DNA of 64,000 nucleotides from positions 39,354-103,353 of IMG/VR virus record IMGVR_UViG_3300032291_001296, one strand, 5' to 3'. Under the pieces are notes generated by a model, which did not search any database, was not told the DNA's origin, and saw nothing but the letters and a program-made list of their open reading frames with translations. Within the stretch, counting starts at the first letter, position 1. The number at the start of each line of letters is the position of its first letter. Shown here piece by piece: positions 32,901 to 41,364 of this stretch. A program made the translations under genes and the position numbers. This DNA comes from a virus.

Positions 32901-34471
32901 ACTGGACTCTCAAATATAGGACTTACAAGAACATCTGGAAACTTATGATGTCTAATAGGTTGACCTGCTAAGTCTCCCCATACATCTACATTACAAGGAT
33001 AAGTTTCGGTTGATTCCCAATAAGCAAATTCACCATACTGATGTGGTGTAGCATTACCTATAGCATCTCCTTGAGCTTGTCCTAATACTGTTGCTGTATT
33101 ATATATCTTCCAATAAGGACTATATCCAATTCCTGATGAAGGATCAATGTATGTAGGTTCACCTATAAAGTCAGCATTTGTATCTGGAATATCTGGATAT
33201 TGTGTATCATTATAACTTAATACTCTTCCAGGAATATGAAAACCATCTGTTTGTTTTCCATTCTTTAATAGGAATACAATTTCAAATGCATACACTTCAT
33301 CACGTAGATATCCACGTAGGTTTGTAGCATTAAATTCATTAGCATAGTTTTCTGTAGAAGGGATTCTATATGTTTCCCATAAAAGATCTACTTTAGATGC
33401 TATTTGCTGATAATTAATTCTATCTATAGATGTAAGATTGTCCCACATAAGCACATCTTGTGCTGCAGTAAGATCTTGAGCTATATCATAATATGGATAC
33501 TTCTCAAATATATCCGAGATAGATAATTTAATTGCTGTTTGATTTTGTCCTGTATATGTTATAGTGTCAACTTGATTCTCAATTGAATATGTACCAACTA
33601 GTTCTACAGATGTAATAGCATTGACTGTTTTAATAACAGCTACATTATAATAGGTAAATAATCCTGATGTATCTAAATTAGTAATAGTTAACTGAATAGA
33701 TCTACCCACCTTATAGTCAAATAGAGCAGTGGTTAACTGCGTATCAGCCATAGGTGTAGGATTGGTAACAGAATAATATGATGTATAAGGATTACCAGAT
33801 GCATCAGAATATTGTATAGCAAACTGATAAGTACCTGCAGTAACATCTCCACCAGTGAATATATCAGTTACTTCAAGTTGAGGTATATTAAAGTTAGGTT
33901 GTATTTTAAGTTGATTACAATCTAATTCATCTGTATATAAAGGATTACAAGAATCAGAGTAAACAGATTGTACATAAGGAATGTTTTCAATATCTAGATA
34001 TCTTCTAGAGTTATATCCATCTGTCCAATATATTTGTGTAGTACAATTTCCAATCTTATGTACTACTTTTGGTATAGGATGATTTATATTAAAATTTAAA
34101 CATACAGCATTAACTAATGTATGATAGATACAATCATTATTATCCATATATCCTATTTCTGAGCCACCTGTAGTAGGATTAGCTAAGAAAAATATATGTT
34201 TATTTTTTTCATTAATAAAATGAGTACCTATTAAAGAATATCCTGGAGGGAACTGTACACAGAACTCATTACCTTGTTCATTCTGATAGTTAACAGAACT
34301 AGAATCAAAGTTTTCTAAAGCAGCATTTAATGCATAGGTTAGTTCTCCTGGCTTAACTTGGTTTAATGTATTATCCATGTTAAGTCCAGAAACAGCAACA
34401 TTGTATTCTGGTTTAATGTTACTTTGATTTACCCCAAGTATATTTTTAATTTGATTTAATTCGTCTGCCAT
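29939..34471 (-). CDS. Tail stabilization (muzzle) protein, main part, 1510 aa
   Basis: GLNMD..YALNA, IYWTDG.N, GTYQFAIQY, RGYLRDEVYAFEIV, IRHHKFP, FGGDTFI, GVYDSKFERVIITK, all resembling the crAss-like stabilization protein. Follows the tail tubular gene. Confidence 0.8.
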   Translation of the reverse strand: MADELNQIKNILGVNQSNIKPEYNVAVSGLNMDNTLNQVKPGELTYALNAALENFDSSSVNYQNEQGNEFCVQFPPGYSLIGTHFINEKNKHIFFLANPTTGGSEIGYMDNNDCIYHTLVNAVCLNFNINHPIPKVVHKIGNCTTQIYWTDGYNSRRYLDIENIPYVQSVYSDSCNPLYTDELDCNQLKIQPNFNIPQLEVTDIFTGGDVTAGTYQFAIQYSDASGNPYTSYYSVTNPTPMADTQLTTALFDYKVGRSIQLTITNLDTSGLFTYYNVAVIKTVNAITSVELVGTYSIENQVDTITYTGQNQTAIKLSISDIFEKYPYYDIAQDLTAAQDVLMWDNLTSIDRINYQQIASKVDLLWETYRIPSTENYANEFNATNLRGYLRDEVYAFEIVFLLKNGKQTDGFHIPGRVLSYNDTQYPDIPDTNADFIGEPTYIDPSSGIGYSPYWKIYNTATVLGQAQGDAIGNATPHQYGEFAYWESTETYPCNVDVWGDLAGQPIRHHKFPDVLVSPIFESPVYALTPGFEPDPDIQSNAVYPIGVKVNIAQVQSLIQTSSLTQEQKDNIAGFKIVRGNRNTNKSIVGKGMLRNVGTYTREDQTLYYPNYPYNDLNEDPFINTSSNSYTVLGQSRVWIVQCKETGTYEYTDAITGKVVSCVPMVAGQNYEFCSLTRPKYLTGKACIGPGEYNTILYNRNAPIDIFKMWADTEWSCDNASLTTLKFGRVPYSPYGTCSLCNSPQSDACGGIVVQKLTIGTWPYYLNDSTGDYAGSAQSDCSIAPVWTGPQALGELPPKFVNVGLSPPCNAWSRRSKIANICGGNIPLPAIDKPESAYRQVFNSPDTSFSQPFLGDILKLENVMFGGGKAHFVPVKGNAKYRLLSREAQQDALDASFNIGGSDITAVFTAYQAYLTIYINGITRKNYAYSYNSVASYNYSAPIGNNVTIGNLTGIKQRALDLKAYLIPGVQNIGDDKNINNYQRESSVYTKTIDKRNTLTVEPLPFPNKTESLLDSNGDSLISEYSRFIIGGAGTCDTNITPDTKLNYCNTPEKERDIKVVSYYASLKNIFPGQWGQIYSYETIDTGFQRMFNVSSYTNDVAFGGDTFINKFAYKTKLPFFLDNRVNAPDDSDIFYDEIGNVGYPKFWHSARSILNSYHNMINIISIKAHSFDCYNDPAKIPAQVDPIAGTLRTFYDGKFYLFAYGIPSFYCESNYNVDLRQAFNDREGNFWPHVSTGIPDDWLQQEFTSISYDNTYYYNVTFSRQNTENSFSHLPADWNDQLCFTHYPFRVVYSDPQSNNADVRVNNWLSYAPLSLYDFPQNYGKLVSLDGIQNKAILARFENKTLMYNNLLTMDTSNPQAAFLGAPALFSTTPIDFAETDLGYVGSQNKMLLKIPQGQVTIDAKRGQIFLIEGTKVAEIGGFGSGVNRFMTDHLSFEILRYFPEVDTDNNFNGIGLHGVYDSKFERVIITKLDYIPIDKDVKYDPITKEFYVETVYEMIAPTTTTTTTS

Positions 34472-34476
34472 AATGA

Positions 34477-35451
34477 TTAGTTATTACGTCTTCTACCATA
34501 TCTATTAGTACGGTTAGGAAGCTCATACATATTAAATCTATTAAGATCGTTTTTAATTCTTCTTTGTTTCTCCCAAGGAGTTTGTTTTTTAACTTCAATC
34601 TCAGCCATGATGTAAAATTCTTCATACATTTGTTTGTAATACATCAGCTTTTGTTGTAACTGATTGAAAGTTTCATCATTAGTTTGATTTGTAAGAGTTT
34701 CAAATATCTTAAATTTAAGAAACGCTTCTACATACTCTCTAACACGATAGTTATCAGGAATCATTTGGTTTCCTATTTCATCATACTCTGTAGCATAAAA
34801 TATTAAATGTACAACACCATTTCTGAAGTTGGTTACAAACTTATTATCTCGTACATCAAATGAATCATAACTAGCAGCTCCAGGAGTGAACTCATGAATA
34901 GGAGGAGCTTCTGCATAGAAGTCCCAAGCATTAGTATACTCCACTCCACAGTTTTGTCTTGCAGATATATTTCCAGGTCTAAGTAAATATTCGTGAGTAT
35001 ATTGTCTAGGTGTGCTATTATTTGTTTTGTAAACAGCTTGTACTAATTCTGGCATACATGTGCCATTACAAGCTGGATCTTGACAACCAGGTCTATTACA
35101 AGGAGTTCCTCCAATAGTTAATGGAGAGACTTGTATAGTGGTTGCATTAGCTGCTTGTGAGTAAAATGAATTAGCTGTTTGATATGGATAACCAGCCACT
35201 GCTGTACACATCCAAGCCTCTCTAACAGCATAGAAGTTATCAGGAAGTCTAGCTTCAAAATCTTCTATGTAAAGAATCTCTTCGCTTATTACAAAAGATG
35301 TTCTACCTAACTTCTTTAGAGCTTTATCTAAATAAGTAGGAAATAAAAGATCATCTACAGCTCCAGTATCAAAATAGCTTTTAAGCTCTTCTTTAACAGT
35401 TGCATATACAGGCTCAGGCGATACAAAATTATATTTATAGTAGTAACTCAT
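34477..35451 (-). CDS. Tail tubular/ring protein, 324 aa
   Basis: Lies between the IHF-like and stabilization genes. TNFRNGVVHLIFYA...DEIGNQMIPD motif is typical of crAss-like tail tubular proteins. Confidence 0.65.
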   Translation of the reverse strand: MSYYYKYNFVSPEPVYATVKEELKSYFDTGAVDDLLFPTYLDKALKKLGRTSFVISEEILYIEDFEARLPDNFYAVREAWMCTAVAGYPYQTANSFYSQAANATTIQVSPLTIGGTPCNRPGCQDPACNGTCMPELVQAVYKTNNSTPRQYTHEYLLRPGNISARQNCGVEYTNAWDFYAEAPPIHEFTPGAASYDSFDVRDNKFVTNFRNGVVHLIFYATEYDEIGNQMIPDNYRVREYVEAFLKFKIFETLTNQTNDETFNQLQQKLMYYKQMYEEFYIMAEIEVKKQTPWEKQRRIKNDLNRFNMYELPNRTNRYGRRRNN

Positions 35452-35454
35452 AAT

Positions 35455-35934
35455 TTATGATTTCCATTGTTTATAAATGTGTTGATACTTATCGCTGGTT
35501 TTTAAGTAATGTGACAGTAGTCTTGATGTAAGTCTAGAAGGTTTGAAATACCAAAGATCAGAGTGTTTGAATCTTGCTGTGTTTTTGAACCACATCCATC
35601 CAAAGAAATATCCTTCTGTATGATAATTAAAGTTGTAGATAACCTTTCCTTTCTCTTTAGTTTTTTGCCAATCTATTGGAAGATTAATAAATTCTTTTCC
35701 ATCAGCTTGAGTAACCTTCTTTCTTTTCTTTTTGTTTATAGAGAACTCTCCAAAGCCATAAGGAAGTTTTGCTTTATCACCTGTCTCTAATATATATTCT
35801 TTGAATGATTCATTATAGGTGTAGATAATGTTTCTCCATTCATCATATGTAAGTTTTATAGATGGATGTTTCTTACAAAACAAATTGTAATTATCCTTAC
35901 TTGAACTTCTCCAATCTATTTTAACTCTTGCCAT
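35455..35934 (-). CDS. IHF/HU-like DNA-binding protein (crAss-like tail-module IHF)
   Basis: Probable start MARVKIDW at 35934; the track's 35970 start overlaps the upstream gene. Basic protein with KLPYGFGEFSINKKKRK and IDWQKTK...N.HT.GY. Confidence 0.65.
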   Translation of the reverse strand: MARVKIDWRSSSKDNYNLFCKKHPSIKLTYDEWRNIIYTYNESFKEYILETGDKAKLPYGFGEFSINKKKRKKVTQADGKEFINLPIDWQKTKEKGKVIYNFNYHTEGYFFGWMWFKNTARFKHSDLWYFKPSRLTSRLLSHYLKTSDKYQHIYKQWKS

Positions 35935-35935
35935 A

Positions 35936-36664
35936 TTATGCGGTTGCTGGAGAATTAGGTGCTTGTCCATCTAATCCTTGTTGACCTTGATCAGTTTTAA
36001 TATTGAAATATGTAGATAGTAATTTCTTAGATGTTAATTCAAGAGTTTGTTGTTCTAAATATCCAGGAAGAGCAAACTCTTTATCTAATGGATTTTTACA
36101 GATTTCATCTAATGTATATTCTGGAGTTCCACATCCACATTCTGGATACATGATTTCATTTATTACATCTTCTTCAAATAATGCTACAAATCTAATAGAT
36201 CTAATCATTGGATTGTTGACATAAAGATATCCATTAGATATCCAGAAGTATTCTTCTTTTTTAATGATAGGAAGTTTCAATAGATTGATATATCTATTTA
36301 CTGTAATCTCTTTTAATTTCTTTCCTGTACCACCTAATGCATTAATAGAATAAACTCCTTGTATTACATATTGGTAATTACCTTCTGATATACGTGGGAG
36401 TTTAAGTTTTGTTCTAGCAATAGTACATTCATCTACATAATCACAACATTCAGAGATAGGTACTTCCACCATCTCTAAACAAGGAATAGTAGTGAATAAT
36501 GTATCAGTTGCCCAAAGTTTTCTTAAATTGGTTTCTCTCTTTATAAGTAATAGAGCATTGTTTCTGATTTCAGAAGCAATAGCTCTATCGGTAATAAGAC
36601 TATCTGTAGAAAGTATCTTGTGGACACTTCTAACATCTGATACTAATTTTCTTAATGTTGCCAT
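35936..36664 (-). CDS. Tail ring/structural protein, 242 aa
   Basis: QT-like TTIPCLEMVEV..ECC and YFWISNGYLY..FEE pattern. Assigned from synteny with crAss-like ring proteins. Confidence 0.55.
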   Translation of the reverse strand: MATLRKLVSDVRSVHKILSTDSLITDRAIASEIRNNALLLIKRETNLRKLWATDTLFTTIPCLEMVEVPISECCDYVDECTIARTKLKLPRISEGNYQYVIQGVYSINALGGTGKKLKEITVNRYINLLKLPIIKKEEYFWISNGYLYVNNPMIRSIRFVALFEEDVINEIMYPECGCGTPEYTLDEICKNPLDKEFALPGYLEQQTLELTSKKLLSTYFNIKTDQGQQGLDGQAPNSPATA

Positions 36665-36666
36665 AA

Positions 36667-37881
36667 TTATATTCGAGTTTCAAACTCTGCTATCTTACCT
36701 AGATTAAGATCATAGACTAAAGCAAGAGCTGCACGTACTGAATGTACGAAGTTATTATCTAAGTGCCATCTGTCAGTTCCTGACAAGCTAGGCATTTGTT
36801 GTATTCTTACTCCCTTAACCTCTTTAGCCATATAGTGATGTTTATCACCTGTATGTACTTCTCTATAAACAGCATTACCAAATTGATAACAATATTCTGG
36901 ATGTGTTGCAAATAATAATGGTAAATCTTCTAACTTACAGTTACCATGGTGCCATCCAATAAATGTATTTCCTAATGTTAATCCTTTAACAACAGAATGT
37001 TCTCTTATAAATTGTACATCTAATTCATCTCTAAAGAATATATCTAATGCGTGAGCTAGATAAAAAGATTTAGTTCTGTCATGATTTCCTTGTACAAGAA
37101 CAACAATTACAGTGCTAGAATGTTGTCTTAACATATTGATTGTATCTACAAGAACACCAAATCCTACCTCATACTCATGAGCATAATCCATTATAGTATC
37201 TTGTGGAGTACCGTTTGTAGTTTGATGTTGATAGTTATCTGTATGAAAGAAATCATTTGATATAGGTAACACTACAGTGTTTATATTGTAATTAGCTTCC
37301 ACTTTGTTGATCAAAGATTGAGCCACATTCATATATCTTAAAGCTCTAGTTGTTGGATCATTATCACCATCTACAGTTTTCTTAGCTAAATGATAATCAG
37401 CTATAGAGATTTCTACATCTACATAATCTTTATGATTTGATGGATTTAATTTTTTAATCTCTACATTATTTGGTTTGTAGTTTTCTAAAAACTTAGCAAA
37501 GTCTTCAGGAGAGTAATCTTTTGCTTCTTTTCTTTTTGAGAATACAGAGGAAGTAAACTTCCCACTTGGTAACATCTTAGACCAGTAATTTGTAATTACA
37601 TACTTATCTAAGTTTATCTTATGTAACTTAGCTAATTCAAGATCATCTTTAGGTTCAAAGTCTGTGACTATTGTACTTTCTATTGTACCTCTCTCAACAT
37701 TCACTTTACGTTCTTCTGTAAAGTTTCTTATTACTGATTCATTATCTTTTTCTTTAAGCTCCTTCATGAGCTCATTGACTTCATATTCACTTATTCCTAG
37801 TTTCTCAGCATAGAATTTTTTACTTTTCTTCTGACTTAATAACTCTTCTAATCTGTTTAATAAGCTTTGGTTTTCAGACAT
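36667..37881 (-). CDS. HTH-fused calcineurin-like metallophosphoesterase, 404 aa
   Basis: N-terminal YAEKLGISEYEV helix-turn-helix. Metal-binding motifs ADYH, NDFFH, GNHD, HHG, HTGDKHH. Confidence 0.85.
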   Translation of the reverse strand: MSENQSLLNRLEELLSQKKSKKFYAEKLGISEYEVNELMKELKEKDNESVIRNFTEERKVNVERGTIESTIVTDFEPKDDLELAKLHKINLDKYVITNYWSKMLPSGKFTSSVFSKRKEAKDYSPEDFAKFLENYKPNNVEIKKLNPSNHKDYVDVEISIADYHLAKKTVDGDNDPTTRALRYMNVAQSLINKVEANYNINTVVLPISNDFFHTDNYQHQTTNGTPQDTIMDYAHEYEVGFGVLVDTINMLRQHSSTVIVVLVQGNHDRTKSFYLAHALDIFFRDELDVQFIREHSVVKGLTLGNTFIGWHHGNCKLEDLPLLFATHPEYCYQFGNAVYREVHTGDKHHYMAKEVKGVRIQQMPSLSGTDRWHLDNNFVHSVRAALALVYDLNLGKIAEFETRI

Positions 37882-37909
37882 ATGTACTCATGTTAGTTAA
37901 AAAATATTG

Positions 37910-37942
37910 TAAAGATAAAGAATTGTTTTTATATATTCCAAA
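37910..37942 (-). promoter_or_regulatory. Bacteroidota sigma-A-type promoter
   Basis: Minus strand TTTG (37942-37939), 21 nt spacer, TATCTTTA (37917-37910), upstream of the ATG at 37881. Confidence 0.55.
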
Positions 37943-37994
37943 TAATTTTAGTTAGAGATGTAATTATTTATAACTAAAATAGTTATAAATAAAA

Positions 37995-38054
37995 ACTCCC
38001 CAAGAAAAATCTTGAGGAGAAATTCCTGTAAAACCAACAAAACAGGATTTTTTT
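37995..38054 (-). terminator. Tandem stem-loops downstream of the 103-aa gene (putative terminator)
   Basis: CTCCCCAAGA-AAAA-TCTTGAGGAG, which is followed by a T run on the minus strand, and TCCTGT..ACAGGA. Confidence 0.5.
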
Positions 38055-38061
38055 AAAATTA

Positions 38062-38373
38062 TTAACGAGGTGTTGTAGTGGTAGTTGTAGTAGTACTACT
38101 ACTTGATGTACTAGTAGTAGAAGTTGAACTAGAACTTGTAGTAGTGGTAGTTGGTTCACTTAACACTATATCAAAGTAATTAGTACACTCTCCAGTAGAA
38201 AGTAATCTAATAGTTGTTGTACCATCAGGAACTAAATCTGAAGCATATCCTGCAAGCAATATAGCTGAACTTACTCCTGACTCAAATGCTGTTGTATATC
38301 CATCTATATTTGAATATAGATTGAATGGACCTACATTAGCTCCAGCTAACGTTAATGTTATGAATACTGTCAT
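38062..38373 (-). CDS. Small beta-module protein with Thr/Ser tail, 103 aa
   Basis: AGANVGPFNLYS...STGECTNY followed by about 28 Thr/Ser residues. Confidence 0.75.
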   Translation of the reverse strand: MTVFITLTLAGANVGPFNLYSNIDGYTTAFESGVSSAILLAGYASDLVPDGTTTIRLLSTGECTNYFDIVLSEPTTTTTSSSSTSTTSTSSSSTTTTTTTTPR

Positions 38374-38393
38374 TTTATTTTATTTTATTGATT

Positions 38394-39839
38394 TTAACCG
38401 AATATATAAACTTCTCCATCACCTTCACCTACACTAATTGTTTGTGATGCATAGAATTGACCACTTCCAATTGAACGAACTGCTGACCAATCAACATCAT
38501 CATCACAACTAATTTCAACAAATGTAGTTGTACCTGCATATATTATCCATATACCTCCAGCATATCCTGGTTGTTTTTCACCAACACATATAATGTCTCC
38601 ATTAGAAGCTGCTGATATACTAGTCCAATATCCTGGTGATGTAGGTAATGAAACAAAAGATCCAGTTCCTCCAGTTTGTTTCCAAACATTAGATGGACCA
38701 CAAATATACACATCTCCATTAGGAGCTACAGTGATATCTCTTGCTCCTGAACTAGGTGTTGCTCCATGGTATGTAAATCCACTTGCAGATACCGCTCTTG
38801 TGTAAACAGCACCAGCATTATCAACTGTCCATAAAGTATCATCTTGATCTACATATAATCCTCTCCAAGAATCATTTCCTGCAAATGGAATAATAGGAGT
38901 AAATGTAGATGAACTAAAAGGTTTTACATATAATGTACCACCATTAACTGCACCATATACATTACCAGAAGAATCTGCTGCAAGAGCTGCATTAATTGCA
39001 CCTGAACTAGCAACAGTAGACCAAGGACCTCCTACAGGATATTTATAAACAACTCCACTAAGAGTACATCCATATATAGTTCCATCAGGAGCAGTAGTTA
39101 ATGCTGACCATTGTTGAGCATTTGTTGATACTATAGAACTAGGACAATAATCATAAACTGTAGTTGTTGTAGTTGTAGTACTAGATGTACTAGATGTGCT
39201 AGTAGTTGATGTACTACTAGTACTAGTTGTAGATGTACTAGAACTACTTGTAGTAGTAGTTGTTGGTGGTGTAGTAGTAGTTGTAGTGGTGGTTGATGGA
39301 CAAACCCCTGAAATACAAGCACCACCTGTCGTAACTGTTACTAAAGGAGCATGTGTAACTCCACAACATCCACAATAACTATTAGTAGCATTTGGTTGTA
39401 TTATAGTGTACTGAGTAACTCCTGAACAATCATTATATTCTATTTCTTGTATTGTTGGTTCTCCATTATAGAAAATTATACAATTACAAGGTATAGCTGT
39501 TGTAGTGGTAGTTGTAGTAGGTCTAGCTGTTGTACTAGTACTAGTTGTTGTAGGAACAGCTGTAGTAGTGGTAGTTGTTGTAGGACAACATATATTAAGC
39601 TGCTCATTAATGTTAATTATATCTTCTGAAATAAGCATTAACTCTTCAGTAAGATTTGTCACATCATCTGTAAGGTCACTTACACTACTATTTACATCAC
39701 ATATAACAGCATCGAATTTAGCAAGAACTGTATTTAAGTTATCACAAGTATCTACATCTGTACAAGGAAGTGGAGTGCCATCATATGTGATAGCACTCGT
39801 TCCTTTTATTGTTGTATTATTTATATTTGAGCAAGCCAT
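38394..39839 (-). CDS. Fibre/decoration-like protein: coiled coil, Cys-rich module, Thr linkers and C-terminal beta-propeller
   Basis: Probable start MACSNINN at 39839. About six repeats (WSALTTAPDGTIYG, ALAADSSGNVYG, GLYVDQDDTLW, DITVAPNGDVY, SISAASNGDII, AVRSIGSGQFY). Confidence 0.7.
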   Translation of the reverse strand: MACSNINNTTIKGTSAITYDGTPLPCTDVDTCDNLNTVLAKFDAVICDVNSSVSDLTDDVTNLTEELMLISEDIININEQLNICCPTTTTTTTAVPTTTSTSTTARPTTTTTTTAIPCNCIIFYNGEPTIQEIEYNDCSGVTQYTIIQPNATNSYCGCCGVTHAPLVTVTTGGACISGVCPSTTTTTTTTPPTTTTTSSSSTSTTSTSSTSTTSTSSTSSTTTTTTTVYDYCPSSIVSTNAQQWSALTTAPDGTIYGCTLSGVVYKYPVGGPWSTVASSGAINAALAADSSGNVYGAVNGGTLYVKPFSSSTFTPIIPFAGNDSWRGLYVDQDDTLWTVDNAGAVYTRAVSASGFTYHGATPSSGARDITVAPNGDVYICGPSNVWKQTGGTGSFVSLPTSPGYWTSISAASNGDIICVGEKQPGYAGGIWIIYAGTTTFVEISCDDDVDWSAVRSIGSGQFYASQTISVGEGDGEVYIFG

Positions 39840-39840
39840 A

Positions 39841-41352
39841 TTATGCTGTAGTAGTTGTGGTTGTTGTTGTACAAGGTGTAGAAGTTTTAATATATGCATT
39901 ATCTAAAACTAACGTTGCTGCATTCATACATCCTGTTTCATCTGTAGATCCTCCTGCAACTGTTCCAGATACAGGGCTTCCATTACAATCAAGTCCTTCC
40001 CATGTTCCTGATGGAGCAAGTCCTTGTACTAAGTAATTAATACAGTCTACAACAGTTGTAGTGGTAGTAGTTGTTGGTGTACAAGTAGGGAAAGCTACTA
40101 TTACACTATTTACAATTTGAACTACAACCCATATACCATCATAATTAATTTGGAAATATCCATCATATCCTGTAAGACCTAATGTACATCCAGTTGATCC
40201 TGCATAAGCTATATCACCTATTCCTGGATATTCAACATTCCAATATGTTGATACAGATGATGTCACTGTACAACTAGCATCTTGTAAACATTCAATTGCA
40301 GCACATGCATCTACCAAGAAACTATTTGAGTCAGGAACAGTATTTGTACCATTCACAACTGTAATATTAAATGGATGAGGAGTAGCAGGGTTACATGTAG
40401 TAGTAGAAGTTGTTGTACTTGTACTAGATGTAGAAGTTGTACTAGTTGTACTAGTTGATGTTGATGTAGAAGTTGAAGTTGTACTAGTTGAACTAGAAGT
40501 AGTTGTTGTAGTTATAGGATTTGGACATACTCCATCAATACAATTTGCACCAATATTAATAGTTACAAATGGATCACTAGCTTCTGCACAACATCCACAA
40601 TATTGTAATGTTTGATGTGATAGAATTGGTATTGGTCTACTAGTGCTACCGCTACAATCTATATAAGTTATAATATGTGTATCAACATCTGAATTATAAA
40701 ATGTTAAACATTCACAAGGAATTGCTGATGTTGTTGTAGATGTAGTAGTAGGTGCTGCAGTGGTGGTAGTTGTGGTAGTTCCACAAGGACCATTTGGTAC
40801 TGCAATCACTCCACCTGGAATATTTAAAGGACTGTCTGTCACAACACAAATATTTGTATCTCCTGGCATTAACACTATAGCTTCTGGTATTTGTGTATCA
40901 CAATCAGTAATGATTATGGCTACTGGATTTTCTCCTGTATTAGTTAATGAGAAGCTTTCACAAAGAATTGGTGCCACAGTAGTAGTACTTGTTGTAGTAG
41001 CACTACAGCAAACATCTAATACATTGTATATATCAGTTATCTCACCATTTATATACAACACTTGTGTATTAATATTAGTAATTTGATTATTTAATGTATT
41101 TATTTGTGTAAGTAAATTACAAATGATTTCATCAATCTTTTGTAATATAACATTTAGTGTATCACATGGTTCAGCTGTTGTACAAGTTAAGGCAGGACCA
41201 TCATAAACAATAGTACTAGAAGCAGTTAAATGCGTTGAACATGGATCATTAGTGTTACAACCACTATTAGTGATTGTAGAACTACATCCACAAGGAGTAT
41301 TTAGAACTACGTCTGTACAGCAAGGATTTACTGGTAAATATGGATATGACAT
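39841..41352 (-). CDS. Fibre/decoration-like protein with coiled coil and four Cys-rich modules joined by poly-Thr, 503 aa
   Basis: YDGPALTC..CDTLNVILQKIDEIIC head shared with neighbours, heptad repeat, five Thr/Ser tracts. Confidence 0.7.
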   Translation of the reverse strand: MSYPYLPVNPCCTDVVLNTPCGCSSTITNSGCNTNDPCSTHLTASSTIVYDGPALTCTTAEPCDTLNVILQKIDEIICNLLTQINTLNNQITNINTQVLYINGEITDIYNVLDVCCSATTTSTTTVAPILCESFSLTNTGENPVAIIITDCDTQIPEAIVLMPGDTNICVVTDSPLNIPGGVIAVPNGPCGTTTTTTTAAPTTTSTTTSAIPCECLTFYNSDVDTHIITYIDCSGSTSRPIPILSHQTLQYCGCCAEASDPFVTINIGANCIDGVCPNPITTTTTSSSTSTTSTSTSTSTSTTSTTSTSSTSTTTSTTTCNPATPHPFNITVVNGTNTVPDSNSFLVDACAAIECLQDASCTVTSSVSTYWNVEYPGIGDIAYAGSTGCTLGLTGYDGYFQINYDGIWVVVQIVNSVIVAFPTCTPTTTTTTTVVDCINYLVQGLAPSGTWEGLDCNGSPVSGTVAGGSTDETGCMNAATLVLDNAYIKTSTPCTTTTTTTTA

Positions 41353-41364
41353 CTTTTTAATTTA

